DNA of 64,000 nucleotides from Anaerolineales bacterium (GCA_033577755.1 JAVQXV010000001.1:843-64842), one strand, 5' to 3'; counted from the first letter of the stretch, positions 28,340 to 37,651 are shown. Notes: a model not told the origin generated them from the sequence alone. Program-made: numbers and translations.

Positions 28340-28728
28340 GTGCCCAAGCCGGCCCGTAAGCCGCGTTCTGTTTTAGGCTATCATCTCTCTGGGCGACGCA
28401 TTACTGCGGCGCTCTAGCGGCCGACCCGGGGCTCAGACGGTGCGAGCAACACCTCGCCCCTGCTTGGCCTTGCTCCCGGCGGGGGTTGCCTGGCCGCGAC
28501 TGTTACCAGCCGCGCCGGTAGGCTCTTACCCTACCGTTTCACCCTCGCTCCCCTCACCCCACCCTCTCTCCCCGGGGGAAGGAGGGGGGCAATACGCTTC
28601 TCTGTGGCCCTCTTCCAACAGGTCACCCCGTTCCGGGCGTTACCCGGCGCCGTGCTCTGTGGAGCGCGGACTTTCCTCGATCGAAAAAGCTCGGCTTCTT
28701 CGACCGCGATAGCCCGGCCGGCTTGGAC
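28340..28728 (-). ncRNA. rnpB: RNase P RNA, bacterial type A
   Basis: Minus strand carries GAGGAAAGTCCGCGCTCC, AGGGTGAAACGGTAGGGTAAGAGCCTACC, GGCTGGTAACAG, GGAGCAAGGCCAAG and ACAGAACGCGGCTTACGGGCC. P1 pairing is CCAAGCCGGCC/GGCCGGCTTGG. Ends are accurate to about +/-5 nt. Confidence 0.92.
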
Positions 28729-28827
28729 ACACCTACACTATATCACAAACCTTAACGACTCAGCAGCGAGCGCGCCGGCGGCCCGTCCCTTCCGCTTTCG
28801 CGCCTCACGCTTTAGGATTGGGCATCC

Positions 28828-31800
28828 ATGCGCCGCCTGCGTCCCCTGTTGCCCTTCGTCATCCTGGCCGTATTTGCAGCACTTGCCGCCGAACCGCTGG
28901 CCCGCGAGCAGATGACCTGCTCGGATGACGGGCCGTTTCACCTGTATCGTGCGGTACAGCTGGGCGCATTGCTCGAAGCCGGTCACTGGTTCCCGCGTTG
29001 GGCGCCGCACATGGCGCAGGGCTACGGCTTCCCCTTCTTCAACTTCTACGCGCCGCTCTCCTCGTACTTTGTCGTCCTGCTGCACCGGCTGGGGCTGGAA
29101 TATCCGGCTGCGCTCAAGGTGGCTTTCGCGCTGGCGATCTGGCTGGCGGGCTGTGCGGCCTTCCTGTCGGCGCGCACGCACTGGGGCGAGCGCGCGGGGC
29201 TGGTCGCCGGCGTGGCCTACCTCTTCGCGCCCTATCTGGCCTACGATGTGCTCTTTCGCGCCAACTTCGCCGAGACGCTGGCATTCGTCTGGCCGCCGCT
29301 GATTTTGTGGGCTTTGCAAAAGCTGGCGGAGGCAGGCGAGAGGATGAACCGGCGCCTTCCTTCTTCTTTCCTGTTGCTGCCTTTCTGTTACGCTGCCCTC
29401 ATCCTCACCCACAACATCTTTGCGCTGATCGCTTCGCCGCTATTCGCCGGCTACTTGGCACTGCAAGCCTGGCAACGACGTTCATGGGTCGTGCTGATTC
29501 AAGGTGGGCCGGCGCTGGCGCTCGGCATCGGGCTGACGACCTACTTCTGGTTACCCGCCCTCGCCGAACGCGGCCTCGTCCACTCCGACCGGCTGCTGGT
29601 CCCGCCCATCTTCACCTGGTACACCAACTTCATCACCATTGGTGAGCTGCTGGCCTGGCCGCGCGCCGCTGACCCGCTGCTCATCAACCCTTCGCCCGCG
29701 CGGACGATTGGGCCGGTGACCGTGCTGTTCGGGCTGCCGGCGCTGATCGGTTTGGCGTGGAGAGCGGGGAGAAGTGATTGGAGATTAGAGATTGGGGACT
29801 GGGAGATTGTATTTTTTGCGCCGGCATTGAGCGGCTACTGCTTTCTAACTCTGCAAGCTTCTGAGCCAATCTGGCGACTCATTAGCCCGCTGGAGCTGGT
29901 GCAATTCCCGTGGCGGATGCTCGGCCCGGCGTCACTGTGCGCGGCGCTACTGGCCGGCGCCGGTGTGCACACCCTCGAACGAGCGCTGCCGTCGCCCATT
30001 TCACGTTTCAGCGCCCCGCTCGCAGCGACGCTCATCATCCTCGCCGCGCTCTCCTACTGGTCGCCGCGCTATTGCGCTTCGCCCGCAACGGCCACACTGA
30101 GCGAAATGGTCGGCTATGAACGCGCCACCCATACCATCGGCACGACGGCCAAGGGCGAGTACCTGCCGCGCACGGTGGAGAGGCTGCCCGATGATCCATC
30201 ACTGGCCGAGGCATTGATGCGTGGCGAGGAGCCGGTGCGGTTGCAACTGCTCATCGGCGAAGCCGAATGGCAGCCGCTCGCTGCCGTCACCGACCCCCTG
30301 AACGCAACTTTCACCATCACGGCCCACACGTCGGCCACATTCGTCTATCGCCAGTTTCTCTATCCCGGCTGGCAGGCCACCGCAAATGAACAGCCGCTTG
30401 CGCTGCGCGCCACGCCGGGCACGGGCCTCATTGCTTTCGACCTCCCGCCCGGCCGGCATCGCTTGCATATCTCTTTCGGCTCCACACCGCTCCGAACGAC
30501 GGCCGGTGTCACTTCTATCGCTACGTTGCTTGTTTTGCTGGGATTGGGGATTGGAAGTCGGGGATTGACACCCTCATCTACCTCTCCTGCCACCCTCACC
30601 TTGTCACCCCTTCTCGATTTAGGCCTCCTCGCCCTCGCCCTGCTCACCCTCAAGCTGGCCGTGATTGACCGCACGACCAACCCACTGCGACATTCAGCGT
30701 TCGACGGAGAAAGCGTAGCCGGTGTGCAAACTCCACTGCGGCTGGACTTTGCGGGCGGGCTGAGGCTGTACGGTTACGACCTCTCCACGCGCACCCTCCC
30801 GGCAGATGAGGGCGTGGAGACCCTCGTCTACGTTTCGATGCCCGCGCCGGCGCTGCGCCACTTCTGGCCGCTCTTCTTCGTCAAGGATGCCGCCGGGCTG
30901 GATTGGACCGGGCCGGACTCGTACCTCACGCCGCGCTGGCACCGTGAGCCGCCGCCCACTTCCGAATGGCCGCCTGAAGCATATGCGCAATGGGCGCGGC
31001 GCGTGGTGGTGTTGCCCGGCACGCCGCCCGGCGAGTACGAACTGTGGGGCGAGGTGATTGACCGCGAGACCGCCGCCATCCAGTCCGTGCTCGATGCACA
31101 GGGCAACGCCGTCCAGCCGCGCTACTCGCTCGGCGCGTTGACGGTAACTCGCCCGCGCCGGCCCTTTCGACTTCAGCCGGAGGTCGTTGCCGAGCGCCGC
31201 TTCGGCCTGCTCACCTTCCTCGGCTATCACTTCGACCGCAACGAGGCGATGGCGGGCGACTCGCTCAACTTGACGTGGTACTGGCGCAGCGAGGCGGAGA
31301 CACAGGATGACGTGATGGCGACGCTGCAACTGCGCGACAGCAGCGGCAATGTAGCCTTGAGCGTGGCGCTGGAGCCCGCAAACGGCTACCCGGTCAGCCG
31401 ATGGCAAGCGGGCGATGAGTGGCGCGGCCAGCACCGTGTGGTGCTCCCGGCGGCGCTGCCCGGCGGCGACTACCGCTGGTTCGTCTCGCTTGCGGGCGAG
31501 GCGGGAGAACAGGCGCTGGGCGCGGTGCGGGTCCGCGCGCCGGAGCGTGTCTTTGAGCCACCTGCCTTTGAGCAGGCAAGCGGCGCGCGGTTTGCCGGCG
31601 TAGGTGAGCTGGCCGGCTATTCGCTTCAGCGACAAGGAGAAACGCTGCGCGTGCAACTCGTGTGGCATGCGACGGCGACCCCGGCGCAAAGTTATCAGGT
31701 CTTTGTCCATCTCGGCGACGAGACGCGCGTGCTGGCGCAGAGCGTGGCGATACCTGCCGGCGGCGCGCGGCCTACCACCGGCTGGCTGGCCGGCGAGTAC

Positions 31801-31959
31801 GTGGTGGACACACACACCCTTGTTCTGCCCGGTGGCGAGTGGCCTGCGGATGTAGCGGTGTACGTCGGGATGTTCGACCCGCTGTCCGGAACACGCGTAG
31901 CGGTAAGCGGCACGGGGGCGGGCACGGATCAGCGCGTGCGGCTAAGATTCAGGCGATGA
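28828..31959 (+). CDS. large integral membrane protein with PTPS-related (PF10131-like) N-terminal domain
   Basis: 1043 aa. N-terminal DGPFHLYR...HWFPRWAPHMAQGYGFPFFNFYAPL and more than 10 TM helices. C-terminal approx. 450 aa are a soluble beta-rich region. Confidence 0.75.
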   Translation: MRRLRPLLPFVILAVFAALAAEPLAREQMTCSDDGPFHLYRAVQLGALLEAGHWFPRWAPHMAQGYGFPFFNFYAPLSSYFVVLLHRLGLEYPAALKVAFALAIWLAGCAAFLSARTHWGERAGLVAGVAYLFAPYLAYDVLFRANFAETLAFVWPPLILWALQKLAEAGERMNRRLPSSFLLLPFCYAALILTHNIFALIASPLFAGYLALQAWQRRSWVVLIQGGPALALGIGLTTYFWLPALAERGLVHSDRLLVPPIFTWYTNFITIGELLAWPRAADPLLINPSPARTIGPVTVLFGLPALIGLAWRAGRSDWRLEIGDWEIVFFAPALSGYCFLTLQASEPIWRLISPLELVQFPWRMLGPASLCAALLAGAGVHTLERALPSPISRFSAPLAATLIILAALSYWSPRYCASPATATLSEMVGYERATHTIGTTAKGEYLPRTVERLPDDPSLAEALMRGEEPVRLQLLIGEAEWQPLAAVTDPLNATFTITAHTSATFVYRQFLYPGWQATANEQPLALRATPGTGLIAFDLPPGRHRLHISFGSTPLRTTAGVTSIATLLVLLGLGIGSRGLTPSSTSPATLTLSPLLDLGLLALALLTLKLAVIDRTTNPLRHSAFDGESVAGVQTPLRLDFAGGLRLYGYDLSTRTLPADEGVETLVYVSMPAPALRHFWPLFFVKDAAGLDWTGPDSYLTPRWHREPPPTSEWPPEAYAQWARRVVVLPGTPPGEYELWGEVIDRETAAIQSVLDAQGNAVQPRYSLGALTVTRPRRPFRLQPEVVAERRFGLLTFLGYHFDRNEAMAGDSLNLTWYWRSEAETQDDVMATLQLRDSSGNVALSVALEPANGYPVSRWQAGDEWRGQHRVVLPAALPGGDYRWFVSLAGEAGEQALGAVRVRAPERVFEPPAFEQASGARFAGVGELAGYSLQRQGETLRVQLVWHATATPAQSYQVFVHLGDETRVLAQSVAIPAGGARPTTGWLAGEYVVDTHTLVLPGGEWPADVAVYVGMFDPLSGTRVAVSGTGAGTDQRVRLRFRR

Positions 31960-31974
31960 TGGTTATGAATAAGG

Positions 31975-32325
31975 CTATAGCGTCAGCCGGTGATGTGCCT
32001 CGACCGCTTCCGAGACGGTCTCGAAGATGGGCAACACGGTGTCCAGCAAGGTGAGCTTCAGCGCAGCGCGCGCCTGAGGGGCCACATTCGCCAGGTTGAG
32101 ATCTCCGCCTGCCTGCCGCAGCGCCTTCAGGCCGGAGATGAGCGCGGAGAGGCCGGACGAATCAATGAAAGCCACCTGACTCATCTCTACGGTGATGTAT
32201 CGTGTGCCGGCGGCTACCTGATCTTGAAACAAGCGCTTGAGGGTGTTGCAGGTTTCCGCGTCCAGGCGGCCTTCCACATGTAGCACCAGCTGACCGGGTT
32301 CAACGGGGTGGATCGAAATCTTCAT
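31975..32325 (-). CDS. STAS-domain anti-sigma-factor antagonist (SpoIIAA/RsbV-like)
   Basis: 116 aa. Conserved FIDSSGL phospho-serine motif. Confidence 0.85.
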   Translation of the reverse strand: MKISIHPVEPGQLVLHVEGRLDAETCNTLKRLFQDQVAAGTRYITVEMSQVAFIDSSGLSALISGLKALRQAGGDLNLANVAPQARAALKLTLLDTVLPIFETVSEAVEAHHRLTL

Positions 32326-32336
32326 ATTTTATGAGT

Positions 32337-32437
32337 CCGCTGCAAATAAAGATGTTTCACCGCTGAGCACGCGGAGAAAATAACTATAAAGAACTCTGCG
32401 GCCTCCGCGTTCTCCGCGGAGCGTTTTTTCAGTGCAC
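32337..32437 (-). repeat. R2 repeat, full copy
   Basis: Minus strand reads CACTGAAAAAACGCTCCGCGGAGAA...TTCTCCGCGTGCTCAGCGGTGAAACATCTTTATTTGCAGCGG. Ends 11 nt before the STAS ATG. Confidence 0.85.
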
Positions 32438-32440
32438 TCA

Positions 32441-32655
32441 GTGTGCACGCAAAGAGGTTGTCAGGGAACATGCCACCCCTTCGTCCTTCGGCAGGCTTTG
32501 CTAAGCGAAGCCAAGCTCAGGTTGTCCTGCGCGGCAGGCATCTTGAGCGGACGCCGAGCGAAGCCGAAGCGGCAATCGAATAACGCCCGCCGCTTCCCTG
32601 AGCGCGCTCTATGAGCGAAGCCGAAGGGTCAGGCTGACATGTTTTGCGTGCACAC
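32441..32655 (+). repeat. R1 repeat, expanded 215-bp copy
   Basis: Same 13-nt termini as R1. The extra internal segment is shared with the copy at 41158. Confidence 0.85.
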
Positions 32656-32716
32656 ATACACTCAGGTAGGCAACCGGGAACAATCGGCCCGGATTATACT
32701 TGTCGCCTCCGATGTG

Positions 32717-34597
32717 TTAGGGCAACTTGCGCTCCAGACGCCAGTAGTTGCTGCCTGTGGTACGCCGCTCGTAGTACATCTCATCCATCACGGCGCGGAT
32801 GAGCGGCAGGCCATAGCCGCCCTCCGGCAAATCCTGCCAGCGGGTGTGATGCCGGGGTCTATCCGGCCAGTGCTTCAGGTCAAAGGGCCGACCCAGGTCT
32901 ATCGTCTCAAGCACTACTCGGTCGTTATGACGGCTGAGCAGGCCGTAGATGCGTCCTGGGGTGTGCAGACCATAAGCATGCCGCATGATGTTCGAGACAT
33001 GCTCGGTCATTGCCAGGTGATACTCGATTTGCCAGTTAGCCAGGGCCGGATCGGTTGTCGGCTCGCCCAAGACGGTATGCAACACTCCTTCCAATTGCCT
33101 GAGGCAGCTCATCTCCACCGGAAAGACGAACGAGCGCTGCGCTTTCAGGTCGGAGGGCCGGTCGTACTTGAGCACCAGCAACGTCAAATCATCGCTGAGT
33201 GGGCGGCCCCGGCGGTGCAAGTCGGTGGCCTGCAATACGGCCTGTACGATCGTCTCGGCGGAGGCGGTGTGTACCGCCTGCAACACCTCTTTTAGGCCAT
33301 TCCAGCCGAAGATGCTGCCATCCGGGTCGAGCGCTTCGGTGACGCCGTCGCTATAAAACACCAGCAAGTCGCCGGGCTGTAGGATGAGGGTCTGCTCAGC
33401 CTGAAGCGAATCCTGAAAGATGCCGAGCGGCAATGTAGTGCTCAGCAGTTCTTCTGCCGATTGCAGCGCGGCACGCCAGTAGAAGCTGGCGGTGTGACCG
33501 GCGCTGGCAAATGTCAGTCGCTGTTGATACGGTTGCAGGCGCGCGACGAGGGCAGTGGCAAACGTATCCAACCGATTGAGGTCCGGCTCCAGGTTGGCGT
33601 TGGCGCGAGCGATGGCCGTGCCGGGGGAGGCGCCGCCCAGCACCTGCCCGCGCAGTTCTGCCCGGATGAGGGTGGTCAGCATCGCCGCCGGGATGCCTTT
33701 GCCGACCACGTCGCCCATCAGGATTGCCAGGCCGTCCTCGCCCAGGTCCACCACATCGTAAAAGTCGCCGCCCACTTGGTAAGCAGGGACGACGACGCCG
33801 GCGAGGTCAAAGCCAGCCAGCCGGGGAAGGCGCGCGGGCAACAGGCTCGATTGAATCTGCGCGGCGATCTCCAGCTCCTGCTCCAGGCGCAGGCTGGCGG
33901 TGCGCTGGCGCTGTAGCGCCAGATTGTCCAGCACGGTGCCGATTTGCTCGGCCAGGCTCTCCGCCAGTTGCCGGTCGCGCGCTTTGAACTCGCCCTGCTC
34001 CGCCCCCAGCATGCCGAGGATGGCCTCGCCCGCAGTAGTGAGCGGGATGCGCACGCCCAAGAAGGTCGGCGCCCTGTCGTTGAAGGCCAGCACCGGTGTG
34101 TGCTTCAGCAATTCAAAGTACTCATTCACCCGTTCGACGACCAGCGAGCGCACCGAGCGATACACCTGATGTGAACCGTCACGGAACGCAAGGAAGGCGT
34201 TCTCACAGCGAAAGATGCCCTGCGCTAGCGCGCTGATTTTTTCGGCGATGTCCTCGATGGAGGCACGGGCAGCGTTGACTTTGAGAATCTCGTAGAGGAA
34301 CGACTGCTGGTTCCAGGAGGCGAGCACCTCATCGGCCAAGCCGGCGGCTACGCTAGCTTCGCCCAGTGCTTCGGCCAGCAGCTGCGCGCACAGCGTCAGC
34401 CAGCCCACCATCTCGCTTTCGGTCAGCTCGGCGGCGGGCCGCTCTACGCTCAGCCAGCCGAGCGACTCGCCGTCATGTTCTAGTGGGACTCGCCAAGCGG
34501 CATCGGGCGGCGGGGCGCTGGGAGGTGTGTAAAGCAGTGACGTGTGCGTCAGCTCTTCCCACGCGCTGCGCACCCGCTCAATCAGCGCGAGGTTCAT
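32717..34597 (-). CDS. GAF - PP2C (SpoIIE-type) phosphatase - RsbW-like HATPase kinase fusion protein
   Basis: Start trimmed to MNLALIER. The middle has GDFYDV..LMGDVVGKG..DGVTEA (PP2C). The C-terminus has HVSNIMRHAY..GGYGLPLIRAVMDE (GHKL ATPase). Confidence 0.8.
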   Translation of the reverse strand: MNLALIERVRSAWEELTHTSLLYTPPSAPPPDAAWRVPLEHDGESLGWLSVERPAAELTESEMVGWLTLCAQLLAEALGEASVAAGLADEVLASWNQQSFLYEILKVNAARASIEDIAEKISALAQGIFRCENAFLAFRDGSHQVYRSVRSLVVERVNEYFELLKHTPVLAFNDRAPTFLGVRIPLTTAGEAILGMLGAEQGEFKARDRQLAESLAEQIGTVLDNLALQRQRTASLRLEQELEIAAQIQSSLLPARLPRLAGFDLAGVVVPAYQVGGDFYDVVDLGEDGLAILMGDVVGKGIPAAMLTTLIRAELRGQVLGGASPGTAIARANANLEPDLNRLDTFATALVARLQPYQQRLTFASAGHTASFYWRAALQSAEELLSTTLPLGIFQDSLQAEQTLILQPGDLLVFYSDGVTEALDPDGSIFGWNGLKEVLQAVHTASAETIVQAVLQATDLHRRGRPLSDDLTLLVLKYDRPSDLKAQRSFVFPVEMSCLRQLEGVLHTVLGEPTTDPALANWQIEYHLAMTEHVSNIMRHAYGLHTPGRIYGLLSRHNDRVVLETIDLGRPFDLKHWPDRPRHHTRWQDLPEGGYGLPLIRAVMDEMYYERRTTGSNYWRLERKLP

Positions 34598-34979
34598 GAG
34601 CGGCTGCGTCAAGGGCCTTTCGAATCGTGGACAGAAACTCGTGGATGGAGAACGGCTTGAAGAGGCAGGCGGCAGCACCATGCTCGAGGACGTGTTCCAC
34701 CTGATGCTGCTGGCCACCGGCCGTGAGAATGATAACCGGGATGTGCGCCAGCGTCGGCGCTTCCTTCATCATGAGGAGCAGCTGAAAGCCGTCCATCTCC
34801 GGCATCGTCAGGTCACAGATAACCACATCGGGCGGATCGGCCTCCATTAGCTCGATCGCGCGCAAACCGTTGGCAGCCAAGCTGTAGCGATAGCCACCCT
34901 TGCGAAGGATTAGCTCAATCAAACGCCGAATGGCAGGGTCATCGTCAACAATCAAAATGTGAGGCGCAGATAAGTTCAT
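34578..34979 (-). CDS. single-domain response regulator (CheY-like receiver)
   Basis: ILIVDDD...DVVICDLTMPEMDG...PVIILTA. ATG at 34979, or TTG at 35009 overlapping the pcs stop codon. Confidence 0.85.
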   Translation of the reverse strand: MNLSAPHILIVDDDPAIRRLIELILRKGGYRYSLAANGLRAIELMEADPPDVVICDLTMPEMDGFQLLLMMKEAPTLAHIPVIILTAGGQQHQVEHVLEHGAAACLFKPFSIHEFLSTIRKALDAAAHEPRAD

Positions 34980-35005
34980 CTTGAGTCGCCCGGAGCCGAC
35001 CTTGC

Positions 35006-35737
35006 TCAAGAGCGCTTCAGGCCGGGCCGGTTGAAGTGCAGATAGAGTGATAGCGCCAGGTAATAGGCCGGATAAGCGAGCGACAGCCAGGCCAGCGTGA
35101 CGTTCAGCGCTTCGAGAGTATAAACCAGCCAGGCCAGCACCAGCGCCCAGAGTGCACCTAAAGCCAGCGTCAGCGGTTGCCAGAACTTCGTCTTGGAAGG
35201 ATAGACGTAACGCAGCGGCACGAATACCAGCAGCGCCAACACGAACAGGATGAGGGCATTGACCTCCGCCGGCAGACGCAGCACATAGAAGTAAAAGACG
35301 ACCACGTTCCAGTACGAGGGGAAGCCGGTGAAGAAGCCATCCTCCGTCTTAGCCCAGTCCTGGCAAAAGCCGAAGGCGGAGGCCAACAGCACCAGCCCGA
35401 TCACCGGCGTCCAGGGCGCTTCCACCAACTTGAACTCATAGGCAAAAAACATGGGGATGAAGACGTAGGTCAGGTAGTCGGTGATATCGTCCAGCTTGCG
35501 CCCGTCGAAGGTGGGCGTCCAACGCGAGACGTTCCAAGCGCGGGCCAGCGCACCATCGGTCGAGTCAATTAGGATGGCCAGCGCCATGAAGAAGAAAACG
35601 GCGCGCGGCTGGCCGTTGGTGATGGCGATGAGGGCGAGGAAGGCGGCGATATTGCCTAACGCCGTGTAGAGGTGCACGGCCCAGGCGCGCAGGGTATGGA
35701 GGCGGGGATGAGTGAGGCTTTCCGAGAGAGAGGACAT
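35006..35737 (-). CDS. pcs: phosphatidylcholine synthase (CDP-alcohol phosphatidyltransferase family)
   Basis: Collinear with rhizobial Pcs as I recall it: VHLYTALG, DSTDGALAR..FDGRKLDDITDYLTYVFIP, KTEDGFFTGFPSYWNVVVF. ORF-track start 35764 is an alternative. Confidence 0.8.
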   Translation of the reverse strand: MSSLSESLTHPRLHTLRAWAVHLYTALGNIAAFLALIAITNGQPRAVFFFMALAILIDSTDGALARAWNVSRWTPTFDGRKLDDITDYLTYVFIPMFFAYEFKLVEAPWTPVIGLVLLASAFGFCQDWAKTEDGFFTGFPSYWNVVVFYFYVLRLPAEVNALILFVLALLVFVPLRYVYPSKTKFWQPLTLALGALWALVLAWLVYTLEALNVTLAWLSLAYPAYYLALSLYLHFNRPGLKRS

Positions 35738-36018
35738 GACCGAACCTCTATCGCTGTGAATCAACTGCTACGTGCCGGCAAGTATCCCCGCGAAACGAGC
35801 GGGCGTCAACCGAAGGAGCAAGCTTGGGTTACCGGCTATAGAATGCGCCGCTTCTCCCGCACTATTCTGCGCTGTCTGAGCGCGCTGCTCTCACTGCGCT
35901 AATTCGACCGGGTTTCGGCCCAACGCCCGGCGCTTTCTGCCGGCCACGGTCATCAACGTAATCTCCCTCTTCGATTTTCAGCGGAAGCCCGGCCACAGGC
36001 GGCTGCCTGCTAAGCCCA

Positions 36019-36027
36019 TGATACAAT
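36019..36027 (+). promoter_or_regulatory. extended -10 promoter TGATACAAT
   Basis: TGnTAnAAT lies 60 nt upstream of the phosphoesterase ATG, in the divergent region. Confidence 0.45.
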
Positions 36028-36051
36028 CCCGGCATAAGGCGAACGCAATCA

Positions 36052-36077
36052 CCCTCGGCCGGGGCCGAGGGTTTCTT
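36052..36077 (+). promoter_or_regulatory. leader stem-loop plus U-rich tract (terminator-like) in the 5'-UTR
   Basis: CCCTCGGCC/GGCCGAGGG stem followed by TTTCTT, 10 nt before the ATG. No upstream plus-strand gene that it could terminate. Confidence 0.5.
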
Positions 36078-36086
36078 GTGTAGAGC

Positions 36087-37067
36087 ATGTCGCGGATTGT
36101 AGATATCACCCAGGGCCGGGTCATGGTCGTCACCGATCTGCACGGCGACTGGCTGGCGTATTGGCGCTACATCAAGCGCTTTCTCGAACTGCACGCCAGC
36201 GGCCGGGCAGACTATCTGCTCTTGTGCGGCGACCTGATCCACAGCTACGGCTCGGAAGCCGGCGACTACTCGCTGGAAATCGTCCTCGACGTGTTGAACC
36301 TGCGTGAGGAGCTGGGCGACCGGCTGATCGTCCTGCTCGGCAACCATGAGGTTCCACATCTGTACGGGTTTCCGCTGCGCAAAGGTGGCATAAGTTTCAC
36401 GCCGCGCTTTGAGCGCGCGCTGGGCGAGCACCGCGCCAGGGTGTTGGAGTTTTTCGATTCGCTGCCGCTGTTTGTGCGCACCGCGGCGGGTGTGGCAGTG
36501 TCTCACAGTGGCGCCTCGCGGGCCGGCTCATCGTCGGCGGGGTTCCGGGCGCTGGCGCAATATTCGCACAGCCGCGAAGTCAACGAAGTGGAGCAGCGGC
36601 TGCAGGGTCAGGAGCGTGCCGCTTTGCGCGCCGCCGTCGTCGCTGAAGAGAAGCTCACCTACGACCAGATGGCCGTCGCCGAGCTGGCCGTGTCAGGCCC
36701 GTCTGACCCACGTTACGACCATCTGCTACGCGGACTGCTGATGTTGCATTGGTCTGAGAACTTCCCTCACTTATGGGATGCGCTCTTCAATCGGAACGAA
36801 GAAGAGTACGGTCGGCGTGAGTATCGCTTGGCTTTGACGGGGTTCCTCAACAATCTGTCTGACGGCTTTGTGCCGCAGCGCTACCTGGTCAGCGGTCACA
36901 TTCCCGTGCGCGGCGGATCGCAGGTCGTTGCGGAGAAGCAGCTGCGATTGGCGAGCTGGGCTCATGCCCAACCGTCCGAGGCCGGCCAGTATCTGCTGTT
37001 TGACGCCGGCAAACCGATCGAGAGCCTGGAGGCGCTGCGGGCCGGGCTGGCCTCGGTCTGGACATGA
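36087..37067 (+). CDS. metallophosphoesterase (calcineurin-like Ser/Thr phosphatase family)
   Basis: Motifs VVTDLHGD, CGDLIH, LLGNHE. Confidence 0.8.
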   Translation: MSRIVDITQGRVMVVTDLHGDWLAYWRYIKRFLELHASGRADYLLLCGDLIHSYGSEAGDYSLEIVLDVLNLREELGDRLIVLLGNHEVPHLYGFPLRKGGISFTPRFERALGEHRARVLEFFDSLPLFVRTAAGVAVSHSGASRAGSSSAGFRALAQYSHSREVNEVEQRLQGQERAALRAAVVAEEKLTYDQMAVAELAVSGPSDPRYDHLLRGLLMLHWSENFPHLWDALFNRNEEEYGRREYRLALTGFLNNLSDGFVPQRYLVSGHIPVRGGSQVVAEKQLRLASWAHAQPSEAGQYLLFDAGKPIESLEALRAGLASVWT

Positions 37068-37208
37068 GCAGCTTGCCCTTCTCTTCACCTCGAATGGCAC
37101 GAATTAGGCGAATGCTTTGCGCCGTTTACGCAAACTCAATGAGGGCGAACGGCGCACTTGCTTGTCGCCGATGAAGTCTTTAGGGCCGGCAACTGCGGCA
37201 GAGATGCA

Positions 37209-37240
37209 CAGCGGCCACAGCTTTCAAGCTGTGGCCGCTG
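37209..37240. terminator. hairpin between convergent genes (no U-run)
   Basis: CAGCGGCCACAGC-tttcaa-GCTGTGGCCGCTG, a 13-bp perfect stem. Confidence 0.4.
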
Positions 37241-37265
37241 CGTTGAGTCCGTCGAGCAGGGTCAT

Positions 37266-37622
37266 TCAGCGCTTTGCCAGCAGGTCACGGATTTCGGTGA
37301 GTAGCTTTTCCTCAGGCGTGGAACCGGGCGGCGGGGGCTTTAACCGGTTCGCCGTTCGCACCAGCAGGAAGATGACGAAAGCGATGATCAAGAAGTTGAC
37401 GACGGTCTGAACAAAGTTGCCCCAGGCAAGCACTGCGCCGGCCTTGCGAGCCTCTTCGAGCGGCAGCCCGGCAGCCTGCCCGGCCAGTGGGAGGTAGTAG
37501 TTGGTGAAGCTCAAGCCGCCCAGTGCCAGTCCGACGGTCGGCATGAGGATGTCGTTCACCAGCGAGGTGACGATAAGGCCAAAGGCTCCGCCGATGATGA
37601 CGGCCACGGCCAGGTTGAGCAC
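37266..37622 (-). CDS. mscL: large-conductance mechanosensitive channel; N-terminus disrupted (see 37652-37668)
   Basis: [26 protein letters not shown] plus a second TM helix. This ORF can only start at GTG 37622. The ancestral ATG at 37668 is out of frame. Confidence 0.85.
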   Translation of the reverse strand: MLNLAVAVIIGGAFGLIVTSLVNDILMPTVGLALGGLSFTNYYLPLAGQAAGLPLEEARKAGAVLAWGNFVQTVVNFLIIAFVIFLLVRTANRLKPPPPGSTPEEKLLTEIRDLLAKR

Positions 37623-37651
37623 GTTGCCTTTGTTGATGAAATCAACAAATT

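Noticed and set aside
28440-29412. ORFs 28440-28712 (+), 28604-28915 (+) and 28738-29412 (-).
   Set aside because: The first two lie on the RNase P RNA gene. The third is antisense to the start of the large membrane-protein gene. None has coding-like composition.
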